Shown here: positions 37,495 to 46,428 of the stretch, piece after piece
Position numbering within the stretch: the stretch's first letter is position 1
Layout of the letters: each line of letters starts with the position of its first letter
Source: an uncultured Oscillospiraceae bacterium
GTDB taxonomy: Bacteria; Bacillota; Clostridia; Oscillospirales; Oscillospiraceae
Direction of reading: 5' to 3'
Assembly: GCA_934646185.1 (NCBI GenBank)
Contig: CAKUEH010000001.1
Location: 168,345-232,344, forward strand
Length of the DNA: 64,000 bases
Notes under the pieces: generated by a model
Seen by the model: the letters and a program-made list of their open reading frames with translations, nothing else
Told to the model about the DNA's origin: nothing
Databases searched by the model: none
Program-made: the position numbers and the translations under genes

Positions 37495-40400
37495 TTACTT
37501 TGCTGTTTTGGTCAGGTAGGTGTAAAGCGCCATAGCGACTTCGGCGCGCGTTGCGTTTTGCTTTGCGTTCCGGGTCTGTGCGGAGGTCAGGATGCCCTCT
37601 GCAGCGGCCCATGCGACGTTCTCCCTCGCCCAGTCGGACACGAGCGCGTCCGCGTTCAGTTTGCCGTCAGCAAGCCTGATGCCGTTGTACTGCGCGAAGC
37701 GGCTGAGGAACGCTGCCAGCTGCTCACGGGTCACGGGCTTGTCCGGCTGGAACGTGCCGTCTGTGAAGCCCTTGACGATGTCGTGCGCCGCCGCCCATTC
37801 GACGGCCTCGGTGTAGTAGCGGCCTGCCGCCACATCCTTGAAGCTCCCGCTCATGCGGACTGCGGGCTCGCCCTGTGCTCTGTAGAGGATCGTCACGACC
37901 ATTGCGCGGGTCAGCTCGGCATTCGGGCTGAATTTCGTCGCCGAGGTGCCGTTCATGATATCCTTGCGGTACAGATAGTCGACGGCATTGTAGCAGCTGT
38001 CATTTTTGCTTACATCGGTGAACGGGAATTGATTTGCCGGGATGGGCAGCGTCGGCGTCCAGGTCTCGCTGAGAACCTTGCCGCAGTTTTCGCAGACGTA
38101 TCTGCCGGTCTGCGGGTCTCGGCGGTAGCTGTGGCCGGCGGCGGGAAGGAGCGTAGTGGACTTCACGTCGCTGCAGCGGGAGCAGATCTCTTCGAGCTTG
38201 CCGGTCTCGGTGCAGGTCGGTTCGGTGCGTCTGGTCACATAGTCGTGGCCCAGCGCCGGAACCTCCTCCGTTTTGGTCTCGCTGCACTTTGTGCAGGTGA
38301 AGGTCTTGACGCCCTTTTCGGTGCAGCTCGGCTCGGTGGTGACAGCGCCGTCATTCCAGGTGTGCGTACCGGCAGCCTTGATTGTCTCGGTTTTGGTGGC
38401 CGCGTAGTCCTTTTCCGCGAAGGTGACAGCAGCGGTATAGGTGCGCAGGCCGTCGGTAAGGCAGGTGGCCTCCGTGGTGACCGCGCTGGTGATGGCCGCA
38501 GTCACAGTCTGCTCGTGCGCAGCATTGTTTGCGCAGGTGAAGACAGCCGAGGCGCTTTCATAGCCGCTCCATGTCCATGCGGGCTCGCCGTAGCTGTGGC
38601 CGGTGGCGGGCAGGGTCACGGTCTTTGCCGCGGAGCAGACCGTGCAGCTGTAGGACGCGGAACCGGCGGCGGTGCAGGTGGGATCCTGATGCGCTTCGGT
38701 ATTCTCCTTCCAGTCATGATCGCCGGTCGCGGTCGGGCAGTTTACATAATAGAATCTGATCGTATCGTCCGCCTGCAGCAGATACGTGTCCAGCGTGGCA
38801 TAGGTCACAGAGTCCAGCATGGGCATCTGGCCGTTAACGGTGAACATCCAGCCGGACCACGGACCGCGTTCCGGATCGCCGCCGCTGAGGCTGGTGCCCG
38901 CAGAATCGGTCACACCGGTCACATAGGTGCCGGAGCCCGTGTAGGTATAGCCTTTTGTGGTCAGCACGGTCTCCAGTGCGTCCCACGCCGTCCGGTAGGC
39001 GTTGCTCTTGCAGGTGTAGGCGGCGTCTGTCACGTCGATGAACGCCGGTTCAAGGGCATTGCCGTTCACGGTGACCGTGACAGTGATGTCCGCAACGGAC
39101 GGATCGTCGGTGCCGGTGGTTCCGATCACGGTGACGACAGTGCTCACCGGCTGCTTGTAGAACTGTCTGAACTGCGCGTAGGCGGGATCAGAGCTGAATT
39201 TCTCATAGTACTTGCCGTACTCGACGTAGGTCAGGACGCTGTCGAGCTTGACGGGTGTGTTGTACTGCGGCTGGGTGACAAACAGATTCTCGTGCTTGAT
39301 CACGCTGGGAACGCTGGAACGGAAGCAGCGATACTTCTCGGAGTTATACCAGCCGTCGATATCGTCCACTTTCACGCCGGTCCACTGGGATTCTTCCGCG
39401 GTGCGGATGAATTTGTAGCCGTCGCCGTCGGGGACGATCTCCATGAACGACTGCAGATCGCCGGTGACGTGATCGCGCGCGGTATTGGCCTTTTTCATGC
39501 CTTCCCAGTAAACTTCCTCGGTGCAGACCTTCTTCATAAAGGCCGCGGCCGCATTGATCTCATCCTGCGTCATGGCCGGGACGGTGATCTGGATGTCCTT
39601 GCTTGCGAGGACCTGCATATTGGCATAGTCTTTGCCGGAGCCGCTGGGACGGGAGAGGATCTTGACGGTCAGCGTGACCTTTGCTGCATCCTTGCCGGGC
39701 AGGGGCCGGTAGACCCAGGCGCGGGCGGCGTTTGCCTCCAGAGATTCCACAACCGATTCGTTGCTGCTGGTAATCAGGATGGGGGTGTACTTTCCGTCAA
39801 AGTCCGCGCCGTAATTGTCAGCAAAGACCCTGCGCATATCCGAGGTGGTGGGGAAATGAATGTCGGTGGTGACGCGGTTCACATCGATCTTCTCGCCGGT
39901 CGCGGGGACATAGAGCGCGCCATAGGGCTCCTGCGTGCTGCCGGCCAGCCAGAGGTTCAGCGCCTCCTGATAATCAAGGGCTTTCTGCGACCCCTTGACT
40001 GTTACGGTGTAGGTGAAGTAGACGCACAGATCGTCGCGGCCGCTGTAGGTCAGCTTCGCAGTGAGGGTCACGGTTGTGTCCGTCTTCGGCTGGCTGACCT
40101 TTACGGTATAGGGCGCATAGAATTTGGAAGTGTTTTCACTGATGCCGATCACAGAGAGGTTCGAGGACTGCCATGTGACTGTGACCCATGTATGCAAATC
40201 GTTTGAGGAATTATAATCTACCTTGCTCTCATCCACGCCCTCTTTGACCATGTGGTACGGAACAGAGGTGAGGGTCGTGTCGTCGTTCAGCTCCTGCGGG
40301 ATGCTGATGCGATTGCCCTGTGTGCGCAGCGCTTCGATCGCCTTGCCCTCGTCCAGACCGAGGGCGACGGTCACGTCTTCCGCCTCGTCGTTGTACGCAC

Positions 40401-42867
40401 CGCAGGCGAGGGTCAGCGTAGGCCGGCAGTACAGAGTGGTCGAGGAAGTCGTGCCGTTGTCGTTCCACTTATAATGCAGCGTGCCGTCCGCATCGATGCC
40501 GGCATGCGCGTCCGTGAACATATCCTTCGTGGAGACAGCGGCCTTCATCGCGACGGTAACGCCCTTGATGCCGCCATCGGTCAGGCGGGCCTGCGCCATA
40601 TCCAGAAGATTTTTATCCGTTCCGTATTTGGGCTGATAATTCTTTTTCAGAAGCGTCTTTGCGGCTTCGAGCTTTTCGCGGGCGGCCTTTTCGTCGTCGG
40701 ACATGTTTTTGGTCCAGCAGGCGTAGAGGTCGAAGAATTCTCCGTCCTCGCTGCCCTCATCGCCCCATTCCCAGTCGCCGTCATCCCATTCGCGAAGCAG
40801 CTCCGCGCCGTCGGCGTATACCGCCTTGCCGCTGGCACTGGTGGACCAGCCCGCGAACGTGTAGCCTTCGCGGCTCAGCGTGCAGGCAGACAGGTGAATG
40901 GTCTCGTCAAACGGGGCGCGCTGGTCTTCCATGCTGCCTGTCACGTCAGCGCCGTTGGCGTTGTAGCGGATCACGTAGCTGCGGCTGTACCACTGCGCCT
41001 TGAGCGTCACGCCGGTCTCAAGATAGTCGCTGAAATCGTAGGCGTCCGTCACGCGGTCGCCCAGCGTGCCGTCTTCTTTCACGATGTACCAGTCGTAGTA
41101 TTTCTGACCAGCGGGGTATTTGGCGCTGGCCAATGTGGGCAGCGCCACCTTGCCATCGGTGCCGATGGCGGCGTTCGGGATCGATTCTTTGTAGCCGTTG
41201 CCTTCGAAATGAACGGGCAGATCAGACTGTTCGGCCTCCCAGAGCGCGTAGAGCGTGGTGTTTTCCGTCAGCTCGACTGCCGCACCGTCGTTATAGACCT
41301 TTTCGCCCGCGGCTGAAAGCGCCCACCCCGCGAAGCAGAAGCCCTCTTTCGTAAAGGCGTTGGGCGTCAGCGTGCCCTTGCCCCCGGTCAGCGTCTGCAC
41401 GTTCATCGTGCCCTTGCCGCCGTTCGCGTCAAAGGTGACGGTGACGTCCTGCGCGGCTTTGTCAACCCAGTTGATGATGAAGGTAACGCTGCCGCCGGGA
41501 ATTTTCTCCGTGTAATCATAGGGCACATCCAGCGGATAGACCTTATCGCCGAGGGTGCCGTCGGCATTCTTGATATACCAGCCGTCAAAGTCCTTGCCGG
41601 TGGGGAAGCTGTTGCCGCCGAACTTCAGCAGATTGTCTGTTACAGATTTCAGCTGCGTGTCCATCGTGGCAGTCCACCAGGTATTCACGCCGCCGAGGTT
41701 GCCGCCATAGCCGTTGCCGTCCAGAGTGACATTGAGCCGTTTGGACCATTGGGCATAGAAGGTAACGGGGCCGTTGTTGGCCATCTCCTGCGTGATGCGG
41801 GCCGTAGTGGGAACGACATACTCGCCAGAGACGTCGTCCTTTTCCGTGATGGTCTCGCCGCCCTTCGGGAGCGTCCACCAGCCTCTGAAGGAATAGCTTA
41901 CGCCGTCCTGTACGCGGGTCGGCTTGGTGGGAATGGTATACTTCGCACTGACCGCACTGGTCGTGTCGGCAATCGCCGGAGCGTCCGGATAGTTTGCGTC
42001 AAAATGCGCTGTCAGGCTATGTCCGGCCCACTGCGCGTAGAGCGTGGTGTCCGCCGAGACAGTGATGTCCGCGCCGTCGGCATAGCTGTCGCCGCTGCCG
42101 TCCGCCGCAGTGTTCCAGCCGAGGAATTTTACGTCTCCGCCGTACTCCTTGCCGGAGAATTTCTTGCTGTACACGTTGGTGAAGGTGTTTGCGTTCAGCG
42201 CTGTTGCCGTACCGACAGGAACGGTCTGCGCGGCCATTGTGCCGGAAACCGTTCCTTTGGTATTGGCCTCATTGGCGTCGAAGGTGACGGTGACGTCCTG
42301 CACGGCAAGGTCGGTGCAGCGGATATTTTTCAGCGTCATCTGGCAGGGCATCTCGAATGATTTTTCCGAAAAGAAATCAATCTCGAAAACATCGCCCTTC
42401 TTCACATCCAGACTGTACGTACTGTATTTACTGCCTTCCGGCTTGTTGCTGCTACTGGCTTTAAACTGTGACCGTCCGTTGAGACGCAGGTCTGCATAGC
42501 TGTTGGTCGACTTGTCACTGATGGAGAATACGTATTTGAACCAGAAGGTGCAACCCTTTTTGAAGGTAAACGTTAGAACAGCATTTGTGTCATCATAATA
42601 TTCTCCGCTGTCCTGATTATAAACAAGTGCACTGGTTCCGTTTTTACCGGTGTCCCAGTTCGTAGTGTGATCTTCCACTGAAAACTGCGTAGAGGTCACG
42701 GTGAAATAGTCGCCGAGATTGTTGGGCTTTGGCGATTCCGTCGTAAAATTCTGCGTAAAGATCGTTGCGTTGGCATTAAAGCCATAGTTTGCTGCGAATA
42801 CCTGTGCGGGCAGGAGGCTCAGGAGCATGACCAGCACAAGCAGGATGGGTAGAATTCTCTTCTTCAT
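37495..42867 (-). CDS. Giant (1,790 aa) SLH-anchored multidomain surface protein
   Basis: Start at MKKRILPILLVLVMLLSLLPAQVFA (signal peptide, AAGGAAGGA RBS). Several Listeria-Bacteroides (Flg_new) repeats (e.g. VTVTFDANGGKG...GFCFAGWA...TTLYALWE). A DUF4430-like module (GPWSGWMFTVNGQMP...DDTIRFYYV, about 38750-39080). Four Cys-rich PTCT..G...C..C...LPA.GH repeats. Three C-terminal SLH domains. Confidence 0.9.
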   Translation of the reverse strand: MKKRILPILLVLVMLLSLLPAQVFAANYGFNANATIFTQNFTTESPKPNNLGDYFTVTSTQFSVEDHTTNWDTGKNGTSALVYNQDSGEYYDDTNAVLTFTFKKGCTFWFKYVFSISDKSTNSYADLRLNGRSQFKASSSNKPEGSKYSTYSLDVKKGDVFEIDFFSEKSFEMPCQMTLKNIRCTDLAVQDVTVTFDANEANTKGTVSGTMAAQTVPVGTATALNANTFTNVYSKKFSGKEYGGDVKFLGWNTAADGSGDSYADGADITVSADTTLYAQWAGHSLTAHFDANYPDAPAIADTTSAVSAKYTIPTKPTRVQDGVSYSFRGWWTLPKGGETITEKDDVSGEYVVPTTARITQEMANNGPVTFYAQWSKRLNVTLDGNGYGGNLGGVNTWWTATMDTQLKSVTDNLLKFGGNSFPTGKDFDGWYIKNADGTLGDKVYPLDVPYDYTEKIPGGSVTFIINWVDKAAQDVTVTFDANGGKGTMNVQTLTGGKGTLTPNAFTKEGFCFAGWALSAAGEKVYNDGAAVELTENTTLYALWEAEQSDLPVHFEGNGYKESIPNAAIGTDGKVALPTLASAKYPAGQKYYDWYIVKEDGTLGDRVTDAYDFSDYLETGVTLKAQWYSRSYVIRYNANGADVTGSMEDQRAPFDETIHLSACTLSREGYTFAGWSTSASGKAVYADGAELLREWDDGDWEWGDEGSEDGEFFDLYACWTKNMSDDEKAAREKLEAAKTLLKKNYQPKYGTDKNLLDMAQARLTDGGIKGVTVAMKAAVSTKDMFTDAHAGIDADGTLHYKWNDNGTTSSTTLYCRPTLTLACGAYNDEAEDVTVALGLDEGKAIEALRTQGNRISIPQELNDDTTLTSVPYHMVKEGVDESKVDYNSSNDLHTWVTVTWQSSNLSVIGISENTSKFYAPYTVKVSQPKTDTTVTLTAKLTYSGRDDLCVYFTYTVTVKGSQKALDYQEALNLWLAGSTQEPYGALYVPATGEKIDVNRVTTDIHFPTTSDMRRVFADNYGADFDGKYTPILITSSNESVVESLEANAARAWVYRPLPGKDAAKVTLTVKILSRPSGSGKDYANMQVLASKDIQITVPAMTQDEINAAAAFMKKVCTEEVYWEGMKKANTARDHVTGDLQSFMEIVPDGDGYKFIRTAEESQWTGVKVDDIDGWYNSEKYRCFRSSVPSVIKHENLFVTQPQYNTPVKLDSVLTYVEYGKYYEKFSSDPAYAQFRQFYKQPVSTVVTVIGTTGTDDPSVADITVTVTVNGNALEPAFIDVTDAAYTCKSNAYRTAWDALETVLTTKGYTYTGSGTYVTGVTDSAGTSLSGGDPERGPWSGWMFTVNGQMPMLDSVTYATLDTYLLQADDTIRFYYVNCPTATGDHDWKENTEAHQDPTCTAAGSASYSCTVCSAAKTVTLPATGHSYGEPAWTWSGYESASAVFTCANNAAHEQTVTAAITSAVTTEATCLTDGLRTYTAAVTFAEKDYAATKTETIKAAGTHTWNDGAVTTEPSCTEKGVKTFTCTKCSETKTEEVPALGHDYVTRRTEPTCTETGKLEEICSRCSDVKSTTLLPAAGHSYRRDPQTGRYVCENCGKVLSETWTPTLPIPANQFPFTDVSKNDSCYNAVDYLYRKDIMNGTSATKFSPNAELTRAMVVTILYRAQGEPAVRMSGSFKDVAAGRYYTEAVEWAAAHDIVKGFTDGTFQPDKPVTREQLAAFLSRFAQYNGIRLADGKLNADALVSDWARENVAWAAAEGILTSAQTRNAKQNATRAEVAMALYTYLTKTAK

Positions 42868-42915
42868 CTGCAATGATTCCTTCCTTATTTTAATATCTAT
42901 CTGAAAGCCCATTTG

Positions 42916-43076
42916 GGTAACCGAGGATTCAATCGGCAAGAGTTATCGGCGAGAGATTTTGTCGCAAATGAAAGCTTGAAAGCGCAGGAATACTTTGTGT
43001 ATTTCAAGCTTTTCAAGCTGCACAGTTGCGGTAAAAGATCCGCCGATAACCGCAGACGATTGGATCATCGGTTACC
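42916..43076 (+). repeat. ~160-nt imperfect palindromic structured element, copy 2
   Basis: Ends GGTAACCGAGGATTCAATCG / CGATTGGATCATCGGTTACC. Same length, orientation and conserved core as 19301-19460, with pair-preserving differences in the stems. Confidence 0.7.
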
Positions 43077-43093
43077 TAGACTGATGGCACGCA

Positions 43094-43143
43094 GAAAAAA
43101 ACGCCCAAGCGAGTCTCCGCATTCGGGAAACTCACTTGGGCGT
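43094..43143 (-). terminator. Intrinsic terminator after the yezD-like gene
   Basis: Minus strand: ACGCCCAAGTGAG ...loop... CTCGCTTGGGCGT followed by TTTTTTT. Confidence 0.75.
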
Positions 43144-43185
43144 CGGTTCTTCCGATGGCCCGGCCTCACAGCCTGAAAACCATAT

Positions 43186-43341
43186 TTACTTTTCTTCCAG
43201 CTTTTCGCTCCGGGTCGCTTCCATCTGAACGGGTATGCCGTTTCGCATCACAATGCGCATTTCCCCGTATTTCAGCTGGCGCAGCTCCGCGATGATCCGC
43301 TTTTCCGCCCTTGTCAGGCGAAGCTCATTCTGCTGCTCCAT
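43186..43341 (-). CDS. YezD/DUF2292-family small protein
   Basis: MEQQNELRLTRAEKRIIAELRQLKYGEMRIVMRNGIPVQMEATRSEKLEEK (51 aa). GAAAGGAG RBS. Confidence 0.7.
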   Translation of the reverse strand: MEQQNELRLTRAEKRIIAELRQLKYGEMRIVMRNGIPVQMEATRSEKLEEK

Positions 43342-43604
43342 CTTGCGGCTCCTTTCACCGTCCGATCCAAAACAAAAAGCCGTGCGCCACAGATCTGGCC
43401 GCACGGACAAACGCGTATAGAACGCCTATGTTGTTCGGCTGCGGTGACGGCGCAAGCACAGGACAGCACTCAGCGTATCTGACTGATCCCTCCTTGCCGG
43501 AGGGCTTCACAGTGACCCACTCGTGGGGCTTTGCACCCCGTTCCGCCTGCAGGATAAACCCTGCACGCGCTGTCCCTTTTTATTCTGTTTTGTGATCTGT
43601 TTGT
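43342..43604 (-). promoter_or_regulatory. Riboswitch-like 5' leader with terminator/antiterminator platform (class unassigned)
   Basis: On the minus strand, P1 GGACAGC...GCUGUCC encloses three hairpins: UGCAGG/CCUGCA, GGGG-UGCAAAG-CCCC and CCCUCC-GGCAA-GGAGGG. Downstream CGCGUUUGUCC can pair instead with GGACAGCGCG and overlaps the terminator stem CCGUGCG...CGCACGG plus a U-run (43369-43406), about 30 nt before the RBS. Confidence 0.55.
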
Positions 43605-43633
43605 ACTATAACAAATACGTCGTCGGAAATCAA
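43605..43633 (-). promoter_or_regulatory. Candidate promoter of the leader/yezD unit
   Basis: TTGATT (rc of 43628-43633), 17 nt, TATAGT (rc of 43605-43610). Confidence 0.5.
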
Positions 43634-43774
43634 GCCTGCAAACGGGATTTTCACGGGAAAATGCGCGCATGCCTCCCTTTCCTGTCACGTGCATTTTTTC
43701 GATTTAGTATTGGCGCTTTCAAACTAGTGAATATAATACACTAGTGTAAGGATGAGATATGAAAGGAGCTGCAC

Positions 43775-43882
43775 ATGAATATGCGGCCTGTGCCCTGTCC
43801 GCCGGGAGCTTCCAGTTCTGGCACGTGTGGGACTGGTTCCGGAATTGAGGTGAAGGCTTCATGTACTTCTGCGGCTTCGTGA
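43775..43882 (+). CDS. Small 35-aa Cys/Gly/Ser-rich ORF (hypothetical)
   Basis: MNMRPVPCPPGASSSGTCGTGSGIEVKASCTSAAS. GAAAGGAG lies 6 nt upstream. It overlaps the start of the next ORF by 22 nt in another frame. Confidence 0.3.
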   Translation: MNMRPVPCPPGASSSGTCGTGSGIEVKASCTSAAS

Positions 43883-44178
43883 CCATCAGCACGGAGGAAT
43901 GCCGCGCGAAGGACGCGCCGAAGCTGGCATTGGAAGTCGCATGGGTGGCAGTCCGTGCCGCCATTCTCCGCCCGTATGTCGTTGGCAGCAGCCGGCTTCT
44001 GATCTACATTCTGCTGGATGCTGTCGCTGTCAAGAGAATTCTTCCGGAAAGCACATGGGCAGTCGCTCTGCCGCTCTACTATCTCGCGGTCGCGGCGTTC
44101 GTGCTGCTGACCATCCGCGGCTTCTTCCGCAGAAATCAGAAGCAATATCATAAATTCTCCGCTTTGCAGGCGGCCTGA
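43861..44178 (+). CDS. Small membrane protein (hypothetical, 105 aa)
   Basis: Two hydrophobic segments (LLIYILLDAVAV, WAVALPLYYLAVAAFVLLTIRGFF). A terminator follows. The antisense 147-aa ORF was judged a shadow ORF. Confidence 0.45.
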   Translation: MYFCGFVTISTEECRAKDAPKLALEVAWVAVRAAILRPYVVGSSRLLIYILLDAVAVKRILPESTWAVALPLYYLAVAAFVLLTIRGFFRRNQKQYHKFSALQAA

Positions 44179-44207
44179 ACCCAAGCGCGGGCGGCGCCGC
44201 TCGATAT

Positions 44208-44239
44208 AAACCGGACTGCATCCGTGCAGTCCGGTTTTT
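44208..44239. terminator. Bidirectional terminator
   Basis: CCGGACTGCA TCCG TGCAGTCCGG flanked by AAA and TTTTT, between convergent genes. Confidence 0.75.
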
Positions 44240-44243
44240 ATGG

Positions 44244-46058
44244 TTAAAATATGATGTTAACTGTCATGCAGAGCAGCGCGCCGATTGCGGTCGGGATCGC
44301 GGCGGACAGGAGCGTCCACCCGATGCTTCCCGTTTCGCGCCTGATGGAGAGCAGCGTTGTGCTGCACGGCCAGTGGAACACGCAGAAAATGAGGCAGCAG
44401 GCCGCTGTTTTTTCTGTGATGCCGCAGCTCGTTAGCTGCATGGCGGCGTCCAGTCCCTGCGCGCCGCTCAGCGTGCTCTGCTGCGTGAGTAGCATCAGGA
44501 TCACCGGGATCGCAAGCTCATTCGCGGGGATCGCAAACAGGAAGCCCAGCAGGAGCGCACCGTTCATCCCCAAAAGCGTGCCCGCCCCATCCAGCGCTTG
44601 CGCGAGCCACTGCAAAAGGCTTTTCCCGTCCGTCTCCCATGCGCCGAGCCCCCACAGCAGCAGCCCGGCCGGGGCTGCGACCAGCAGCGCCCGTGACAGA
44701 ACATGCAGCGTTTTTCCAAGTATCGCGTCATTCACGATCTTTTTCATCTGTGGGCGGCGATACGCGGGCAGCTCCAATACAAACGGTGCGCGCTTCTCCC
44801 TGTTCAGGATCCTTCCGACGACCGCCGAGACAAGCAAGCTCCCGCCTGCCCCTGCGCAGACCGTCGCCAGCAGGATCAGCGCCAGCAGGAAGCTGTTTTC
44901 ACGTCCCAGCAGGACGGTCCCCATCGTCAGAAGCATCGGAAACCGTCCGTTGCACGGCATCATCGCGTTCGTGCAGGCCGCGATCCGCTTTTCCTCGCGC
45001 GTTCCCATGATCCTGCACCCCGTCACGCCGACCGCATTGCAGCCGAGGCCCATGCACATGGTAAGCGCCTGACGGCCAGAGGTTCCACAGCGGGCGAAGA
45101 TATGGTCGGTCAGAAACGCGGCGCGCGGCAGGTATCCGGCGTCCTCCAGAACCGAAAACAGGAAAAAGAAGATCGCCGCTGGCGGCAGCATCACGGCGGT
45201 GACACGCGCTGCCGTTGCATAGACGCCGTTGATCAGCGCATCCGAAAGCCAGAGCGGCCAGCCGGAACAGGCGCGAAGCAGGAGCCCCTGCAGCTGGTCG
45301 AAGCCGGTTTGCAGCCAGGCAGAAAATACATTGCTGCCCTCCAGCGTCAGCCAGAACAGCACGGCCAGCAGACTCATAAACACAGCGGCGCCGGTATATT
45401 TCCCCGTCAGGATCCTGTCGATCCGGAGTCTGCGCTGTGAACCGCCGCTGTCTCCCGGCCGAACGACCTTTGAAGCAAGCTGCCGCGCATGACGGACGCA
45501 GTCGGCCGGCGCGGCGCGCTCCGGCAAGTGCGGCGTGAGCGTGATGTAGCCGTCCAGCACGTCGCGGATCGTCTGCCGCAGCCGACGGATGTCCTCCGCA
45601 TCGCTTGCGCAGGTACCCACGACCGGAACGCCCAGCAGCGCCTGCAGCGCATGCAGATTGATCTGAAGCCCCAGCGTCTGCGCCTCATCCATCAGGTTGA
45701 CGCAGACGATCAGGCTTTTGCAGCTCGGCAGCAGCTGCAGCGCAAGCGACAGACTGCGCGCCAGACACGTCGCGTCGCACACGGCGATCACACAGGCGTC
45801 CGCGTGCGTTTGCAGATACTCTGCCGCGATCCGTTCCTCCTCCGACCCGGTTTTCAGAGAATACGTGCCCGGAAGATCCGTTACGGCGTATGTCTGTGCG
45901 GCATAGGCGTATGTGCCGTGCGCCACCGCGACGGTCTTCCCTGGCCAGTTTCCTGTGTGCTGGTGCAGCCCGGTCAGAGCGTTGAAAATGCTGCTTTTGC
46001 CGACGTTCGGATTCCCGGCCAGCGCGATAGCGCGGGGCGCGGCGTCATTCCAGCTCAT
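44244..46058 (-). CDS. feoB: Ferrous iron transporter FeoB
   Basis: MSWNDAAPRAIALAGNPNVGKSSIFNALTG (G1), DLPGTYSL, then a polytopic membrane domain. The ATG overlaps the feoA stop. Confidence 0.9.
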   Translation of the reverse strand: MSWNDAAPRAIALAGNPNVGKSSIFNALTGLHQHTGNWPGKTVAVAHGTYAYAAQTYAVTDLPGTYSLKTGSEEERIAAEYLQTHADACVIAVCDATCLARSLSLALQLLPSCKSLIVCVNLMDEAQTLGLQINLHALQALLGVPVVGTCASDAEDIRRLRQTIRDVLDGYITLTPHLPERAAPADCVRHARQLASKVVRPGDSGGSQRRLRIDRILTGKYTGAAVFMSLLAVLFWLTLEGSNVFSAWLQTGFDQLQGLLLRACSGWPLWLSDALINGVYATAARVTAVMLPPAAIFFFLFSVLEDAGYLPRAAFLTDHIFARCGTSGRQALTMCMGLGCNAVGVTGCRIMGTREEKRIAACTNAMMPCNGRFPMLLTMGTVLLGRENSFLLALILLATVCAGAGGSLLVSAVVGRILNREKRAPFVLELPAYRRPQMKKIVNDAILGKTLHVLSRALLVAAPAGLLLWGLGAWETDGKSLLQWLAQALDGAGTLLGMNGALLLGFLFAIPANELAIPVILMLLTQQSTLSGAQGLDAAMQLTSCGITEKTAACCLIFCVFHWPCSTTLLSIRRETGSIGWTLLSAAIPTAIGALLCMTVNIIF

Positions 46059-46297
46059 CTGACCACCTCCACGATGATCTGCGCCGCGTCTTCGCGCCGC
46101 AGCGCAAACACCGCTCCGCCGACTGCGTAAGCCGCCGGCGACGCATGCGGCGCACGGTACAGGCAACCGAGCTCCGTTTCCGGCAGCAGGCCAAGCTCCT
46201 CCATACGCGCCGCAGCCTCGCCCCGCATCAGGATCTCACACAGGATCCCGCGTTCTCCCGGACGCAGCGCATCGAGTCCTATCCGCCGCTTTTCCAT
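46055..46297 (-). CDS. feoA: FeoA-family protein
   Basis: 80 aa, SH3-like FeoA pattern. LRPGERGILCEI...MEELGLLPETEL. GAAAGGGGAG RBS. Confidence 0.8.
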   Translation of the reverse strand: MEKRRIGLDALRPGERGILCEILMRGEAAARMEELGLLPETELGCLYRAPHASPAAYAVGGAVFALRREDAAQIIVEVVR

Positions 46298-46428
46298 GGG
46301 CGTACTCCCCTTTCTGTTTCCCAGGTTTCTAATCCAGAATATACAGAAATGCGCGATTTTGTGACAAACCCATTGTCTTCGAAAGAGCCGCGTGCTATAC
46401 TGGCCTGAGAATTGATTCGAGGTGTACC

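Noticed and set aside
37483-40206. A 907-aa + strand ORF, and similar long ORFs such as 2929-4590 +, 970-2028 +, 5857-7104 -, 7198-8250 -, 31036-32049 -, 40252-41316 +, 47177-48310 -, 48572-49684 + and 59458-60798 +.
   Set aside because: All lie antisense to genes with clear family signatures. They translate to Arg/Gly/Ala/Val-rich low-complexity sequence and have no RBS. They are typical shadow ORFs of a GC-rich genome.
37495-43604. The idea that a cobalamin-type riboswitch controls the giant DUF4430-containing surface protein as a B12-capture operon.
   Set aside because: The aptamer class is not established. A strong intrinsic terminator (43094-43143) separates the yezD unit from the giant gene.
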